DNA from: Planctomycetota bacterium
Lineage (GTDB): Bacteria; Planctomycetota; Phycisphaerae; Sedimentisphaerales; Anaerohalosphaeraceae
DNA: 30,009 nucleotides
Direction: 5' to 3'
Assembly: GCA_019456245.1 (NCBI GenBank)
Contig: VRUF01000009.1
Location: forward strand, 1-30,009
Made by a program: the position numbers and the translations under genes. A model generated the notes under the pieces. The model was given only the letters and a program-made list of their open reading frames with translations. It was not told where the DNA came from and did no database searches. Within the stretch, counting starts at the first letter, position 1, and every line of letters begins with the position of its first letter. Positions 1-9,988 of the stretch are shown in pieces.

Positions 1-1740
1 CAAACTGAAAATGAGATCTTCAATGAGACCGTTCATCTGTTGACGCAGGCTTTAGCATACGCCCGTTACATGCCATTGACCTATTACGAGGGCAAGCGTG
101 AACAACGAGAAATTCAGAGCCAGCGGAACCTTGCTAGGTTCATGAAAATTCTCATGATCAAGCGCCTTGAGAGCAGTTTCCATGCGTTTCGCTTGACCCT
201 TAATCGCTTCATCCACACTTATGATCGTGTCATTGAGGAGTATCACAAAGGGCACGTCTATATCAGCCGGAAGCATATCAATAAGATTTTCGATCTACTG
301 GAAACTGACGACCAAGAAGCAATTGAGCGCTTACTAGAGGCGGATAAAGCAGAGCGATTGGATGCGAAGGACTTCACCCCGGAGTACATCCAGGACCTGG
401 AGCATGATCGGAGTATTCTTCGAAAGATATCCTCCGACTGGAAAAGGATTAAGCGCGATCCCAAATGGGAGGCTTTCAGGACGGTGCTTCAAAAGGAATC
501 CATACTGCAGGAGGGCAAGATCGTCATATTCACGGAGTCGAAGGAGACGGCTGAATACCTTGCCGACAGGATATCGCAGGAAGTCGAGAGCAAGGAGCTG
601 CTATTTACCGGCAGTTCTGATGAGTCTATCCGCAGGAAGGTGATCGCCAATTTCGACGCCCGGGCGTATAAGCCCCAGGACGAATATCGGATACTGGTTG
701 CTACCGAAGTACTCTCCGAAGGGGTCAATCTGCACCGCTCCAATATTGTGATCAACTACGACATCCCTTGGAATCCGACCCGCCTCATCCAACGCGTCGG
801 GCGTGTGAACCGTGTGGATACTGAATTTGACACGATTTATACCTATAACTTTTTTCCGACGGAAGAGAGTAATGATCAGATCAAACTAAAGGAGGCAGCC
901 GAAGCCAAGATCCACGCTTTCATCGAGATGCTCGGTGCAGATTCCCGTCTTCTTACCGAAGGTGAGGAGATTAAGTCACATGACTTGTTCGCCAAGTTGA
1001 CCTCTAAAAAGACCATCACCGGCGAGGACGAAGAGGAAGAGAGCGAACTGGAATACCTGACTGAGATCCGGGAGGTGCGCGACAATCAACCTGAACTCTT
1101 CACCCGTATCAAACGCCTACCGAAGAAGGCCCGGTCGACCAGGCTTGTATCGGAAGACAATCGTGGAGACGTGAATCAAGTCCCATCGTTGCTGACTTAT
1201 TTCCGTCAAGGCCGGCTCGATAAATTTTTTCTGGCCCAGCCCAATGCTGACGAGGCTATAGAGCTTGATTTCTTTGCTACAGCGAACATTCTCAAACCGA
1301 TTGAGCCCACAGAGACACGTCAAAATATCCCCCGTGACTTTTACACACTATTAGAGAAGAATCGGCACGCATTTGAGATTGCCACCAGTTTCGACTTTGA
1401 CGACGCCATCCCCAAACACCGTGGCGGAGCGAACGATGCATATATTCTGAAGCGCCTGAGAACAAGAGAGATTCGTCAATATCACGGCTTCACTGAGGAC
1501 GACGAGCAATACATTCAGCGTGTGGTACAACTCCTGATTGATGGTGCACTTCCCAAGCCTACTACGAAGAAGGTGGCCGCTGCTCTGAAGAAAGAGATTG
1601 AACCATTGAAAGTGCTGGGAATTCTACAGCGAGATATACCGGCGGAATTCTTCCAGGCTCCCCGTGCCGCGCAAACCTCGAATGTCTTCAGCCCGCGTGA
1701 GGTCATACTTTCCTCATACCTGCTGGAAGAGACCAAATGA
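1..1740 (+). CDS. SF2/SNF2-type helicase, C-terminal part (5' truncated by window edge)
   Basis: Frame open from base 1 (QTENEIFNETVHLL...); motif IV KIVIFTESKETAEYL, V ILVATEVLSEGVNLH, VI WNPTRLIQRVGRVNR. Confidence 0.9.
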   Translation, partial: QTENEIFNETVHLLTQALAYARYMPLTYYEGKREQREIQSQRNLARFMKILMIKRLESSFHAFRLTLNRFIHTYDRVIEEYHKGHVYISRKHINKIFDLLETDDQEAIERLLEADKAERLDAKDFTPEYIQDLEHDRSILRKISSDWKRIKRDPKWEAFRTVLQKESILQEGKIVIFTESKETAEYLADRISQEVESKELLFTGSSDESIRRKVIANFDARAYKPQDEYRILVATEVLSEGVNLHRSNIVINYDIPWNPTRLIQRVGRVNRVDTEFDTIYTYNFFPTEESNDQIKLKEAAEAKIHAFIEMLGADSRLLTEGEEIKSHDLFAKLTSKKTITGEDEEEESELEYLTEIREVRDNQPELFTRIKRLPKKARSTRLVSEDNRGDVNQVPSLLTYFRQGRLDKFFLAQPNADEAIELDFFATANILKPIEPTETRQNIPRDFYTLLEKNRHAFEIATSFDFDDAIPKHRGGANDAYILKRLRTREIRQYHGFTEDDEQYIQRVVQLLIDGALPKPTTKKVAAALKKEIEPLKVLGILQRDIPAEFFQAPRAAQTSNVFSPREVILSSYLLEETK

Positions 1741-4700
1741 ACCGCAAGCAGGCGTACCATATCGTTCAGGAGACCTTCCCCCAGACCTTCGATAAAGCCA
1801 GATTCCGCAATTTCATCATCAACCTGCTCAACCAGGTGGATGAGTCAAAGGCCTCCGCATGGGGCAACCAGTATATCAAGAACGCCTTCAAGAATTACGT
1901 CAGCCGATACGAAAGAATCGGCACCTATTCAACACCTGATCAGGATAGGCTGGATGTACTCATCGTGCATCTCACCCACGAATCCAAACTGGATCGTGCC
2001 CGGACTGCCATCCGCGACTTTGTTGCCGATCATTTGAAGCAACGCGACGAGAAGGAAGCGGCGCTGGTTGCCTTCGTATCACCGACGGAAACACTGTGGC
2101 GTTTCTCCTATGTGAAAATGGAGTATGCGGCCGTCAGAAAAGATACAGGTAACGTAGGCGTTGAGACCCGTCTAACACCTGCTCGCCGTTTCTCCTATAT
2201 CGTTGGCGAAGGGGAGAGTTGCCACACGGCCCAGACGCGCTTCCTGGATATTCTCCAGAATACACACACTGATCCTAGCCTCGCAGAGATTGAGAAGGCC
2301 TTCAGCGTTGAGGCTGTTACCAAGGAATTCTTCAAGCTGTACACCGGTTTGTTCGAGGAACTTCATGACGCCCTGGAGAAACTCACGGAGAAGGATGCAA
2401 CCATTCGTGAAGAGTTTGAAAACAAAAGCATCAGCAGAGTGGACTTTGCCAAGAAGCTAATGGGACAGATCGTATTTCTTTATTTCCTCCAAAAAAAGGG
2501 TTGGCTTGGTGTTGAAAGAGGCCAAGAATGGGGCACAGGTCCGCGCAACTTCCTGGGCCGGTTGGCAAAAGGAGAGTATAGCCAGTACAGGAATTTCTTT
2601 AACGATGTCCTTGAACCGCTGTTCTACGATACGCTGGCCCATGACCGGGGGCATGAAGCCTGGGAGGATCGTTTCAATTGCCGTATCCCTTTCCTGAACG
2701 GTGGATTGTTCGAACCACTTGGGAACTATGACTGGGAAAAAACCGATATTGTCCTGCCGGATAGTCTCTTCACCAACTCCGAACCTGTTGAAGAGGGGAT
2801 CACCGGTACCGGTATATTTGATGTTTTCGACCGCTACAACTTCACAGTGAACGAGGCAGAGCCCCTAGAAAAAGAGGTGGCCATCGATCCCGAGATGCTG
2901 GGGAAAGTGTTTGAAAACCTGATCGAAGAAAACCGGCGTAAGGGGATGGGAGCCTACTACACGCCCCGTGAAATTGTCCACTATATGTGCCAGGAGAGTT
3001 TAATCCAATATCTCGACAATTCTATTAACATTCAATCCGAATCAATCGTCCCTGGCAAACCGGTTCAGGAAAACCTGCTCGGCCCCACTGAACCGAAGCA
3101 AGGTACCCTGAAGACCGCCGCCTATAAAGAACGTGTACCACGAGGCGACCTAGAAACGTTCGTCCATCTGGGGGAACAGATTTCCCACTACGAAGCCGTT
3201 GAAACCGAATATCGCGTAAAAATGCCCAAGAGTATTGATCAACATGCCCGGCTTATCGATGAGAAGCTCCAGGAGATCAGGATCTGTGACCCTGCCGTCG
3301 GTTCTGGAGCATTCCCTATAGGGATGATGATGGAAATCGTCCGTGCCCGCTCCGCCCTTACACCCTATTTCAATGACATCCATGAGCGCACGCCATACCA
3401 TTTCAAACGCCATGCTATTCAAAACTGTCTCTATGGTGTGGATATCGATGCCGGGGCTATTGAGATTGCGAGACTTCGAGCCTGGCTCTCGTTGGTTGTG
3501 GATGAGGAAGACGTTCAACAGATCAAGCCATTGCCGAACCTGGATTATAAGATGGTTGTCGGGAACTCCCTTTTCGGTGTCGAGAGGACCGTTTTCACCG
3601 GCCCGCTTTTCGACAGACTGGAGAAGTTGAAACCAACATTTTTCGATGAAACCGACACGTCCATGAAGGCGGAGTTGAAAATTGAAATAGACGACCTGAT
3701 CCATCAACTCACCGGCGGTAATCAAGTATTCGACTTTGAAATCTACTTCTCAGAAGTGTACCACGAGAAAAACGGATTTGATGTGGTGATTGCCAATCCA
3801 CCTTATGTCCGTCAGGAGAAGATCAAGGAGATAAAGCCCGAACTCAAGAAACGTTATGACTGCTATACCGGTGTGGCGGACATCTACGTGTACTTCTATG
3901 AGCGCGGCTTTCGATTACTAAGGCAAAATGGGACGCTGACCTTCATATCCTCCAATAAATATTTCCGCTCCGGCTACGGAGAGAAGCTGCGTCAATTTCT
4001 AGGCAGCAAGGCCACCGTACATCACCTGATCGATTTCGGGGATGCACCCATCTTTGAGGCCATCGCGTACCCAAGCGTCATTCTATTGAGTAGAAAACCA
4101 CCCTACTCCAACCAGACCCGTGCGCTGAACTGGCAGACCAATCTCCCGCTGGAAGACTTTAATACGGTCTTCCAATCCCGAAGCTTCCTCATTGCCCAAA
4201 AGGAACTCACTGCGGACGGCTGGCGACTGGAATCGCCGGCGGTGTTACGCCTCCTGGAGAAATTGCGCCGAGCAGGCCAGCCCTTGGGTGAATATGTGAA
4301 CGGCCGTTTTTACCGAGGAATCTTGACCGGTTATAACAAGGCTTTCGTGGTAGACCGGGAGACGCGGGACCGATTGATTGCCGAACATCCGTCCTCCGCG
4401 GATGTGTTAAAACCCTTTCTACACGGTAAAGATGTGAAGCGGTGGTGTGTTGAACCGAAGGACTTATGGCTTATTTTTACGCGACGGGGGATAAACATCG
4501 ATGAATACCCTGCAATCCGAGGACATCTCGAAGACTTCCGAGAGAAACTAGAACCTAAGCCCAACGATTGGAATGATGAGAAACAAGGCAAGTGGCCGGG
4601 CCGAAAAGGAGGTAGCTACAAGTGGTATGAAATTCAGGATAACATTGCCTACTGGCAGGAGTTCGAGGAGCCGAAGATAATCTATCCAGATATTGCGCAA

Positions 4701-5069
4701 AGGGCAGAATTTGCCTTCGATAAATATAACCTATATCCGATAAATACACTTTATATCATGCCCACCACGAAGACATGGCTGGTCGGTATGCTAAATAGCA
4801 AAGTCCTGTTTTGGTATTATACAAAAATCAGTTCCCAGATCAGGGGAGGGTTTGTACGGTATATCGCACAGTATATCTCACAGATTCCCATTCCTGCCTG
4901 CACGCCAGTTGAAAGTCAGGCATTGGAAGGCCTGGTAGAGAATGTCCTGTCTGCAAAGAAGCAGGACTCCGATGCCGATACAGCAGGGCTCGAGCAGGAG
5001 ATTGATCGAATTGTATACAAACTGTATGTATTGACAGAGGAGGAGATACGAATTGTGGAGGATTGTTAA
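1737..5069 (+). CDS. Eco57I/type IIG-like N6-adenine DNA methyltransferase with TaqI_C-like target recognition region
   Basis: GAYYTPREIV, motif I DPAVGSGAF, motif IV DVVIANPPY; 1110 aa; ATGA overlap with helicase stop (1737-1740). Confidence 0.9.
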   Translation: MNRKQAYHIVQETFPQTFDKARFRNFIINLLNQVDESKASAWGNQYIKNAFKNYVSRYERIGTYSTPDQDRLDVLIVHLTHESKLDRARTAIRDFVADHLKQRDEKEAALVAFVSPTETLWRFSYVKMEYAAVRKDTGNVGVETRLTPARRFSYIVGEGESCHTAQTRFLDILQNTHTDPSLAEIEKAFSVEAVTKEFFKLYTGLFEELHDALEKLTEKDATIREEFENKSISRVDFAKKLMGQIVFLYFLQKKGWLGVERGQEWGTGPRNFLGRLAKGEYSQYRNFFNDVLEPLFYDTLAHDRGHEAWEDRFNCRIPFLNGGLFEPLGNYDWEKTDIVLPDSLFTNSEPVEEGITGTGIFDVFDRYNFTVNEAEPLEKEVAIDPEMLGKVFENLIEENRRKGMGAYYTPREIVHYMCQESLIQYLDNSINIQSESIVPGKPVQENLLGPTEPKQGTLKTAAYKERVPRGDLETFVHLGEQISHYEAVETEYRVKMPKSIDQHARLIDEKLQEIRICDPAVGSGAFPIGMMMEIVRARSALTPYFNDIHERTPYHFKRHAIQNCLYGVDIDAGAIEIARLRAWLSLVVDEEDVQQIKPLPNLDYKMVVGNSLFGVERTVFTGPLFDRLEKLKPTFFDETDTSMKAELKIEIDDLIHQLTGGNQVFDFEIYFSEVYHEKNGFDVVIANPPYVRQEKIKEIKPELKKRYDCYTGVADIYVYFYERGFRLLRQNGTLTFISSNKYFRSGYGEKLRQFLGSKATVHHLIDFGDAPIFEAIAYPSVILLSRKPPYSNQTRALNWQTNLPLEDFNTVFQSRSFLIAQKELTADGWRLESPAVLRLLEKLRRAGQPLGEYVNGRFYRGILTGYNKAFVVDRETRDRLIAEHPSSADVLKPFLHGKDVKRWCVEPKDLWLIFTRRGINIDEYPAIRGHLEDFREKLEPKPNDWNDEKQGKWPGRKGGSYKWYEIQDNIAYWQEFEEPKIIYPDIAQRAEFAFDKYNLYPINTLYIMPTTKTWLVGMLNSKVLFWYYTKISSQIRGGFVRYIAQYISQIPIPACTPVESQALEGLVENVLSAKKQDSDADTAGLEQEIDRIVYKLYVLTEEEIRIVEDC

Positions 5070-5072
5070 GTC

Positions 5073-5384
5073 TCATGCTTTACCACCTGTTCCTGGATGA
5101 GAGCGGGAAATGATGGCCCCGATTCCTTTGACCTTCCCACTCCACACCTTCCTAAATCTAACCCTATATCTATTAAAGTGTGGCAAAGCAATCTCTTTCG
5201 TCCAGAACACTACAATCTTCTCCTCAGGCTTCAAGCCGTACTGTTCTTGTAGTATCTGAGCCATATTCGGGTACGGGTACTTGAAGGTTGTCACATATAC
5301 CGCCTTACGCAGGTTTAGCCATTGCTTCGGCACCTTATCCCCCGGCTTATATACAGGCACTAACTTCTTTACAATAAGCACCAT
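5073..5384 (-). CDS. Hypothetical basic protein, last gene of the minus-strand core operon
   Basis: 103 aa ORF starting 9 bp after the ATPase stop; no family recognised. Confidence 0.6.
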   Translation of the reverse strand: MVLIVKKLVPVYKPGDKVPKQWLNLRKAVYVTTFKYPYPNMAQILQEQYGLKPEEKIVVFWTKEIALPHFNRYRVRFRKVWSGKVKGIGAIISRSHPGTGGKA

Positions 5385-5393
5385 CTTCTTACC

Positions 5394-6746
5394 CTAAGGG
5401 GAACCTACAGAGGCATTTACTTCATCATTAGAATCCAAATAAAGTCCTTTCTTTATACGAACCAGAGGGAACCTCACATGTACTGGATCAACAAACCTGT
5501 CCTTCATCTTCACAATAGCATGTCCTACTTCAAGATGATCTATCATCCTCCTCTGCTCTGGCATAAGACTCATCGAACGAGCGATGCTTGAAATATCAGC
5601 ACCATTACCAAGAGTGAAGCAGAATTTGGAGTTTGTATTCGCGATGATAGAGTCACTCAATTTCTTGGGCTCTTGGTCAATCACAATAGCACTTTCACCA
5701 AACTCACGGATCATTCTGATAACAGTCTCCATGATGGTTTCAGTGCCTGACTTATGCTCTTTCCCCTTTGAAAGAACGTGGTGGGCCTCTTCGATAACTA
5801 TGGCGTGTTTGAACTCCTCCCTCTTGCCTTCCTGTTTCCTGAACTCGTAAATCCACAGCAGCAGGGCCTCGACAAAGAAAATCTTCTCAATCGTTGCCAG
5901 GTTATCCATTTCAATAACCACATTCTGTTGAAGCAGCGTCTCAATGCCCTCGTGCTGTCGAACATTGAGGACATTTCCCAGCAAACCTGAAAACGTCAGA
6001 CTGGCCAAGGTTCTCTTGACAGAACTCATCCATAGCATCTCTCTCCCGCGGACGAATTCCTTTCTCAGAGACTTCTCAAGATCCCTAAATGTTGGATAAC
6101 TTCCTTTCCCATCATAAATCCCAAATTGCTCGTAGAGATAGTCGATTCCTTTTCTGAGGAAATACTCCACACCATGACCGACGAAGAATGCGTGCTTCAT
6201 CACGTCCACGAGCATGGCCATCCAGTGTTTTGCGTGAACTCCTGGTGGCGGTATTAGAGGATTGAACTTGAAGTCACACAGGGGATCGCCCAGACGTATC
6301 ACTTTCAGATCCTGAAACTCTGGCAGCTGCTTCAAGTCCCGATAGTTTCTCTTCCAATCAAAGACCAGGAAGGGCTTTTTATGCCTGGCCAACTCTCTCA
6401 AAATGTGAAAGCTCAGATTCGTCTTCCCTGTACCAGTCATTCCAACGATCAGGATGTGTTTGATGAATTCATCTTCCCGCAGTCCGAACTCTGCAAATTC
6501 TTTATCAGGATATATCACAGAGCCTATATGGTAGTCCCCGGCCAATTTCTCCGACACCGGTGGAGGCAGCCTAATACTCTCCTGGTAATCCTGTTTCGCC
6601 TTCCTATCAGCGAGGAGCCTGAGCAGATCCTTATTGCCCTGGGCTGCCTTGGAATCCTTCGACAGCAGGTTCAGATACCACAAGCCTCTGGCTTTTTCAC
6701 CCATCACAGGTTCCAATTTCCTCAGTAAATCTTTAATCTCTTTCAT
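5394..6746 (-). CDS. HerA/FtsK/VirB4-superfamily ATPase (DUF87-like)
   Basis: Walker A HILIVGMTGTGKT, Walker B IVIEEAH, IREFGESAIVIDQEP, IIANTNSK. Confidence 0.85.
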   Translation of the reverse strand: MKEIKDLLRKLEPVMGEKARGLWYLNLLSKDSKAAQGNKDLLRLLADRKAKQDYQESIRLPPPVSEKLAGDYHIGSVIYPDKEFAEFGLREDEFIKHILIVGMTGTGKTNLSFHILRELARHKKPFLVFDWKRNYRDLKQLPEFQDLKVIRLGDPLCDFKFNPLIPPPGVHAKHWMAMLVDVMKHAFFVGHGVEYFLRKGIDYLYEQFGIYDGKGSYPTFRDLEKSLRKEFVRGREMLWMSSVKRTLASLTFSGLLGNVLNVRQHEGIETLLQQNVVIEMDNLATIEKIFFVEALLLWIYEFRKQEGKREEFKHAIVIEEAHHVLSKGKEHKSGTETIMETVIRMIREFGESAIVIDQEPKKLSDSIIANTNSKFCFTLGNGADISSIARSMSLMPEQRRMIDHLEVGHAIVKMKDRFVDPVHVRFPLVRIKKGLYLDSNDEVNASVGSP

Positions 6747-7342
6747 GATTCTGTGTGCAGTTGGGTTTGAGCTAGTCGTCTGTTCGCTATCTTAACAGAT
6801 TCCGGATCAATCTCAAATCCAATGAATTTTCTATTGAGCCTTTTGCAGGCAAGCGCGGTTGTCCCCGAACCGATAAACGGGTCCAGAACGAGATCGCACT
6901 CTTTGAACATGCCGATAATAAGTTTGTATAATTCGACTGGATCCTGGTACTTATGCTTTTTCCCGTCACCAACCAGGCTCTGAGCGTTGTAACAATCACT
7001 CCATATCCTTCTGTTCACCTTGTACCCGTCATCCATCTGGTACACCAGGATTGGATTCCACCGGTACGAATAGTGGCTGAACCCCTTCGCCCAGACCAGA
7101 ACTCTATGAGGTGGATACTCTCGAATCAGATGGTTCAGTTTCGTCGCAGAGTGGATGATGATCAGAACCTTGCCGCATACTCTGCTACATTCCTTAAAGA
7201 AAGAGTCATAAAACTCCCAGTAATCCCCCTGGACATCCTCCTGTTTGAAAGGGGGACTCGTCATGACCATATCAATGCTATTGTCCTTCAGTCCCTTCAT
7301 CAATTCCAGGCAGTCGCCCTGATAAATTCTGTTCGGTTTCAT
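6743..7342 (-). CDS. Small orphan beta-class N4/N6 DNA methyltransferase
   Basis: IYQGDCLELM, motif IV DMVMTSPPF before motif I VLDPFIGSGTT, GFEID; ATGA overlap with ATPase start. Confidence 0.9.
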   Translation of the reverse strand: MKPNRIYQGDCLELMKGLKDNSIDMVMTSPPFKQEDVQGDYWEFYDSFFKECSRVCGKVLIIIHSATKLNHLIREYPPHRVLVWAKGFSHYSYRWNPILVYQMDDGYKVNRRIWSDCYNAQSLVGDGKKHKYQDPVELYKLIIGMFKECDLVLDPFIGSGTTALACKRLNRKFIGFEIDPESVKIANRRLAQTQLHTES

Positions 7343-7357
7343 TTTGTCAATTGAGTT

Positions 7358-7750
7358 CTATTTCACCAACCTCCTTTTCTCACGTTCGAGGGCAAGTTCT
7401 TCCCTGGTATGCTGTAGATCATCTTGCAGCTTGATAACATCTTTAAAGTACGCGAGCCATTCGTCAATCTTCCTGAACTCTGTCCGTGCCATTTCCTGTT
7501 CAAGGGCTGTCTTCCGAGCCAAGGCAGAGCCGTTGATTGCGCTCCGATAATGCACCTGCCGGAGTTTTTCTTTTAATCTGAGTTGGTGAGTCCCAAAGCT
7601 GGATAAGGCGCCATTTCGAATGATTGCTCTCATTTGGATCTCTGTCTCCAGCTGCTTTATCCGCTCTTCGAGATTCTTGACAGGCATGTCCAGGAGAGTA
7701 TCAACTATCTCATCGACTTCATCCTCTTTTTTCAAGTTCCTCTTTTCCAT
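7358..7750 (-). CDS. Hypothetical coiled-coil protein
   Basis: 130 aa, E/K/R/L-rich, co-oriented within the operon. Confidence 0.65.
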   Translation of the reverse strand: MEKRNLKKEDEVDEIVDTLLDMPVKNLEERIKQLETEIQMRAIIRNGALSSFGTHQLRLKEKLRQVHYRSAINGSALARKTALEQEMARTEFRKIDEWLAYFKDVIKLQDDLQHTREELALEREKRRLVK

Positions 7751-7802
7751 TCTATTATTTGGTGAGCGTTAATTAATCGCCGAAGGCTGAATGCATCTTC
7801 AA

Positions 7803-8684
7803 TTATAGGAACTCCCGTAGGTAGTTTTGCCCATAGTGATCCGGTTGCATGTTCTCAGGAAGGTAGATTGCTTTAATCGGCCGCTTCTCATGCAGAGCGT
7901 CGATTGCTTGGCGCATCCCACGCCTGCCGGCTTCGTCTCCGTCAAACATGAATGCAAGCCTTTGTTCAAGTGAGAGCAACTGCTTCTTCTGATGATGACT
8001 CATTGAACTGCCCATCAGGGCGACACTTTCAAGACCTGCTGCATAAAGAGCAAACACGTCGAAAAAGCCCTCGACAACAACTACTTCTTTACCTTGATCC
8101 TTGACAACATGATTGAGATTGTAAACAACCCTATTCTTAGGAAATCCACGAGGGAAACGATATTTAGGCTGGGTGTCATCGACCGCACGACCGCAATAGG
8201 CTACCAGGTTACCGTCCACGTCATGTATGGGTATGGCAATCCTTCCAGTCATTATCCCTCTATTGCAATATCCAATACCGAAGTACTGCGCCGTCTCAGG
8301 TGATATATTTCGCGACTTCTGATAGTTATGATCAGGTTCCAGGGTTAGCCTGAACCTAAGCGGCTTCAGGACAGATCCAGCAGGCCTGCCTTCTTCATAA
8401 CAAATGCCTAGAAGATCATTTCCAATCTGAGCAGCTTCTCGCACTCCTACATTCTCAATTGCCATCAGCAGGTCAATAACAGATCCACCACCACAATGCG
8501 TAAAACAATTCCATAGATTCTTTTCAAGACTGACGTTGAAAGCCCTGGGATTGTCTCCGTTGTGAATCGGGCAGCGTCCATAAAGTTGTGATCCACTTTT
8601 TTTCAGGTCCAGTGACATGCCGTACTCGCGAAGCACTCGCTCTATCGAGAGTTCCCGTTTAATTCTTTCATAGTCTGGTTTCAT
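7803..8684 (-). CDS. DnaG-like primase (CHC2 zinc finger + Toprim)
   Basis: GRCPIH...WNCFTHCGGGSVID zinc finger; VVVVEGFFD and MFDGDEAG Toprim motifs. Confidence 0.9.
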   Translation of the reverse strand: MKPDYERIKRELSIERVLREYGMSLDLKKSGSQLYGRCPIHNGDNPRAFNVSLEKNLWNCFTHCGGGSVIDLLMAIENVGVREAAQIGNDLLGICYEEGRPAGSVLKPLRFRLTLEPDHNYQKSRNISPETAQYFGIGYCNRGIMTGRIAIPIHDVDGNLVAYCGRAVDDTQPKYRFPRGFPKNRVVYNLNHVVKDQGKEVVVVEGFFDVFALYAAGLESVALMGSSMSHHQKKQLLSLEQRLAFMFDGDEAGRRGMRQAIDALHEKRPIKAIYLPENMQPDHYGQNYLREFL

Positions 8685-8941
8685 CTTAATTCAGATTTGA
8701 TATTTTGTACTGCAACTGCAATTCGCTTGCCTTTATCGGTCATTATAATTCTCTTTATCTTTTTCGTAGGGACGATCTCTACGAGTTTTTTCTCAGCAAG
8801 ACGCTTGACAATAGCCCTTAGATGATTTATTGATGTATCGACTTCCCGGCTCAGTCTTTGGCAATATCTCTTGCTGTCTGGTGCTCTATGCAAGTGCACA
8901 AGTACGTTTATCCAAACCGGGAGATAAATTGAACTGCTCAT
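8681..8941 (-). CDS. Winged helix-turn-helix protein
   Basis: LSREVDTSINHLRAIVKRLAEKKLVEI...IIMTDKGKRIA pattern; 4-bp overlaps with both neighbours. Confidence 0.75.
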   Translation of the reverse strand: MSSSIYLPVWINVLVHLHRAPDSKRYCQRLSREVDTSINHLRAIVKRLAEKKLVEIVPTKKIKRIIMTDKGKRIAVAVQNIKSELR

Positions 8942-9633
8942 TTCCCAAACATGGTGAGCTGATCACCGCTTTTTACTTCTGATTTCGACCCACCATGAGT
9001 TTTAATTGGCTTCAATTGATCTATACTGGAATACCACTTGTTGGCATACTGCCAGTTATGAAATCCTTCGTCAGTGGATATGTCTGTCTCATGTCGAAGG
9101 CTGTCTGCGTGAAGCAAGTAGCCTGAAATATCGTGAATAGCGAAATTGGTGAAAGCTATACGTAGTGCTCTAAGATCAACGTCAACTCCAAACAACCTGG
9201 CATTTGGTGCCTGCTTGTGAGCTGCCATCAGGAGCCGTCCGGTTCCCACACATGGATCGAGGACATTGACCTTGTCCTTGGTTTCTCCTATGGTCATGGC
9301 AGCCATTGATTCAGCCACGTTCATCGGAGTAAGGAATAGGCCTTGGCGCTGCACTTGCGAAGGGCCTACCACTTTGTCCAGGTACATCTCTCCCAGATGA
9401 TCATAATAGTCTGACCGCAGTTTTTCAGGGTCATAGGTATTCATCAGCCTGTCAGCCAGTCTGCTGTCCTCAAACAGCCACTCGAACTTGTGGTCTAGCT
9501 GATGAATCAGACTCCCGCAGTTATCCGTGGCCAGGAAGTCAATAAAGTGATCCCAGGCTTCGTACCTATCATGAAACTTCTCAGTAAGTAAATCATACAT
9601 ATGCTCCAGCATCTTTCGAACTTCTTGTTTCAT
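8938..9633 (-). CDS. HsdM/N6_Mtase-like SAM-binding protein lacking the NPP(Y/F) catalytic motif
   Basis: LGEMY, GLFLTP, motif I VLDPCVGTG, FGVDVD and ADSL present; no (N/D/S)PP(Y/F) in 231 aa. Confidence 0.8.
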   Translation of the reverse strand: MKQEVRKMLEHMYDLLTEKFHDRYEAWDHFIDFLATDNCGSLIHQLDHKFEWLFEDSRLADRLMNTYDPEKLRSDYYDHLGEMYLDKVVGPSQVQRQGLFLTPMNVAESMAAMTIGETKDKVNVLDPCVGTGRLLMAAHKQAPNARLFGVDVDLRALRIAFTNFAIHDISGYLLHADSLRHETDISTDEGFHNWQYANKWYSSIDQLKPIKTHGGSKSEVKSGDQLTMFGK

Positions 9634-9680
9634 TTTGCTTACGTAGAATCACCCCTTCCGTACTTAGGCTATCCATTATT

Positions 9681-9896
9681 CTAAGCCTCTCCATTGTTTC
9701 TCATTCCTCTTATTTCAGCATCCAGCTTGTCAATTTTCTGATGCACTATTTCCAGGGAGGATTTTATTTCATCGACATCTGCGCTTTGCTTTGCGGTAAT
9801 TGCAAGATTCTTTATTACTCGGTCTTCAGTGCTCCAAATAGCCTGTTGTATTAAATCGAGCCTCGATGCCAAATCTTCAAGGGTCATTTCAGCCAT
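9681..9896 (-). CDS. Small hypothetical coiled-coil protein (probable start MAEMTLED at 9896)
   Basis: Heptad-like sequence; first gene of the minus-strand operon; start is uncertain. Confidence 0.5.
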   Translation of the reverse strand: MAEMTLEDLASRLDLIQQAIWSTEDRVIKNLAITAKQSADVDEIKSSLEIVHQKIDKLDAEIRGMRNNGEA

Positions 9897-9988
9897 AATA
9901 CAGTCGTGGTAATTCTTGTTTTTATACTTTGTGTAACTCGAGAGTGACAAAGTTTATAAGTCGGGCAGTTTTTCACTTCTTATACAAA

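Noticed and set aside
52-4749. Short antisense and alternate-frame ORFs within the helicase and MTase genes
   Set aside because: Fully overlapped by well-supported long CDSs; no motifs or RBS support.
1-6746. DISARM, BREX or a Sir2-HerA-type system
   Set aside because: No drmA/B/C, pglZ or Sir2 recognised; the HerA-like ATPase is on the opposite strand in the primase operon.
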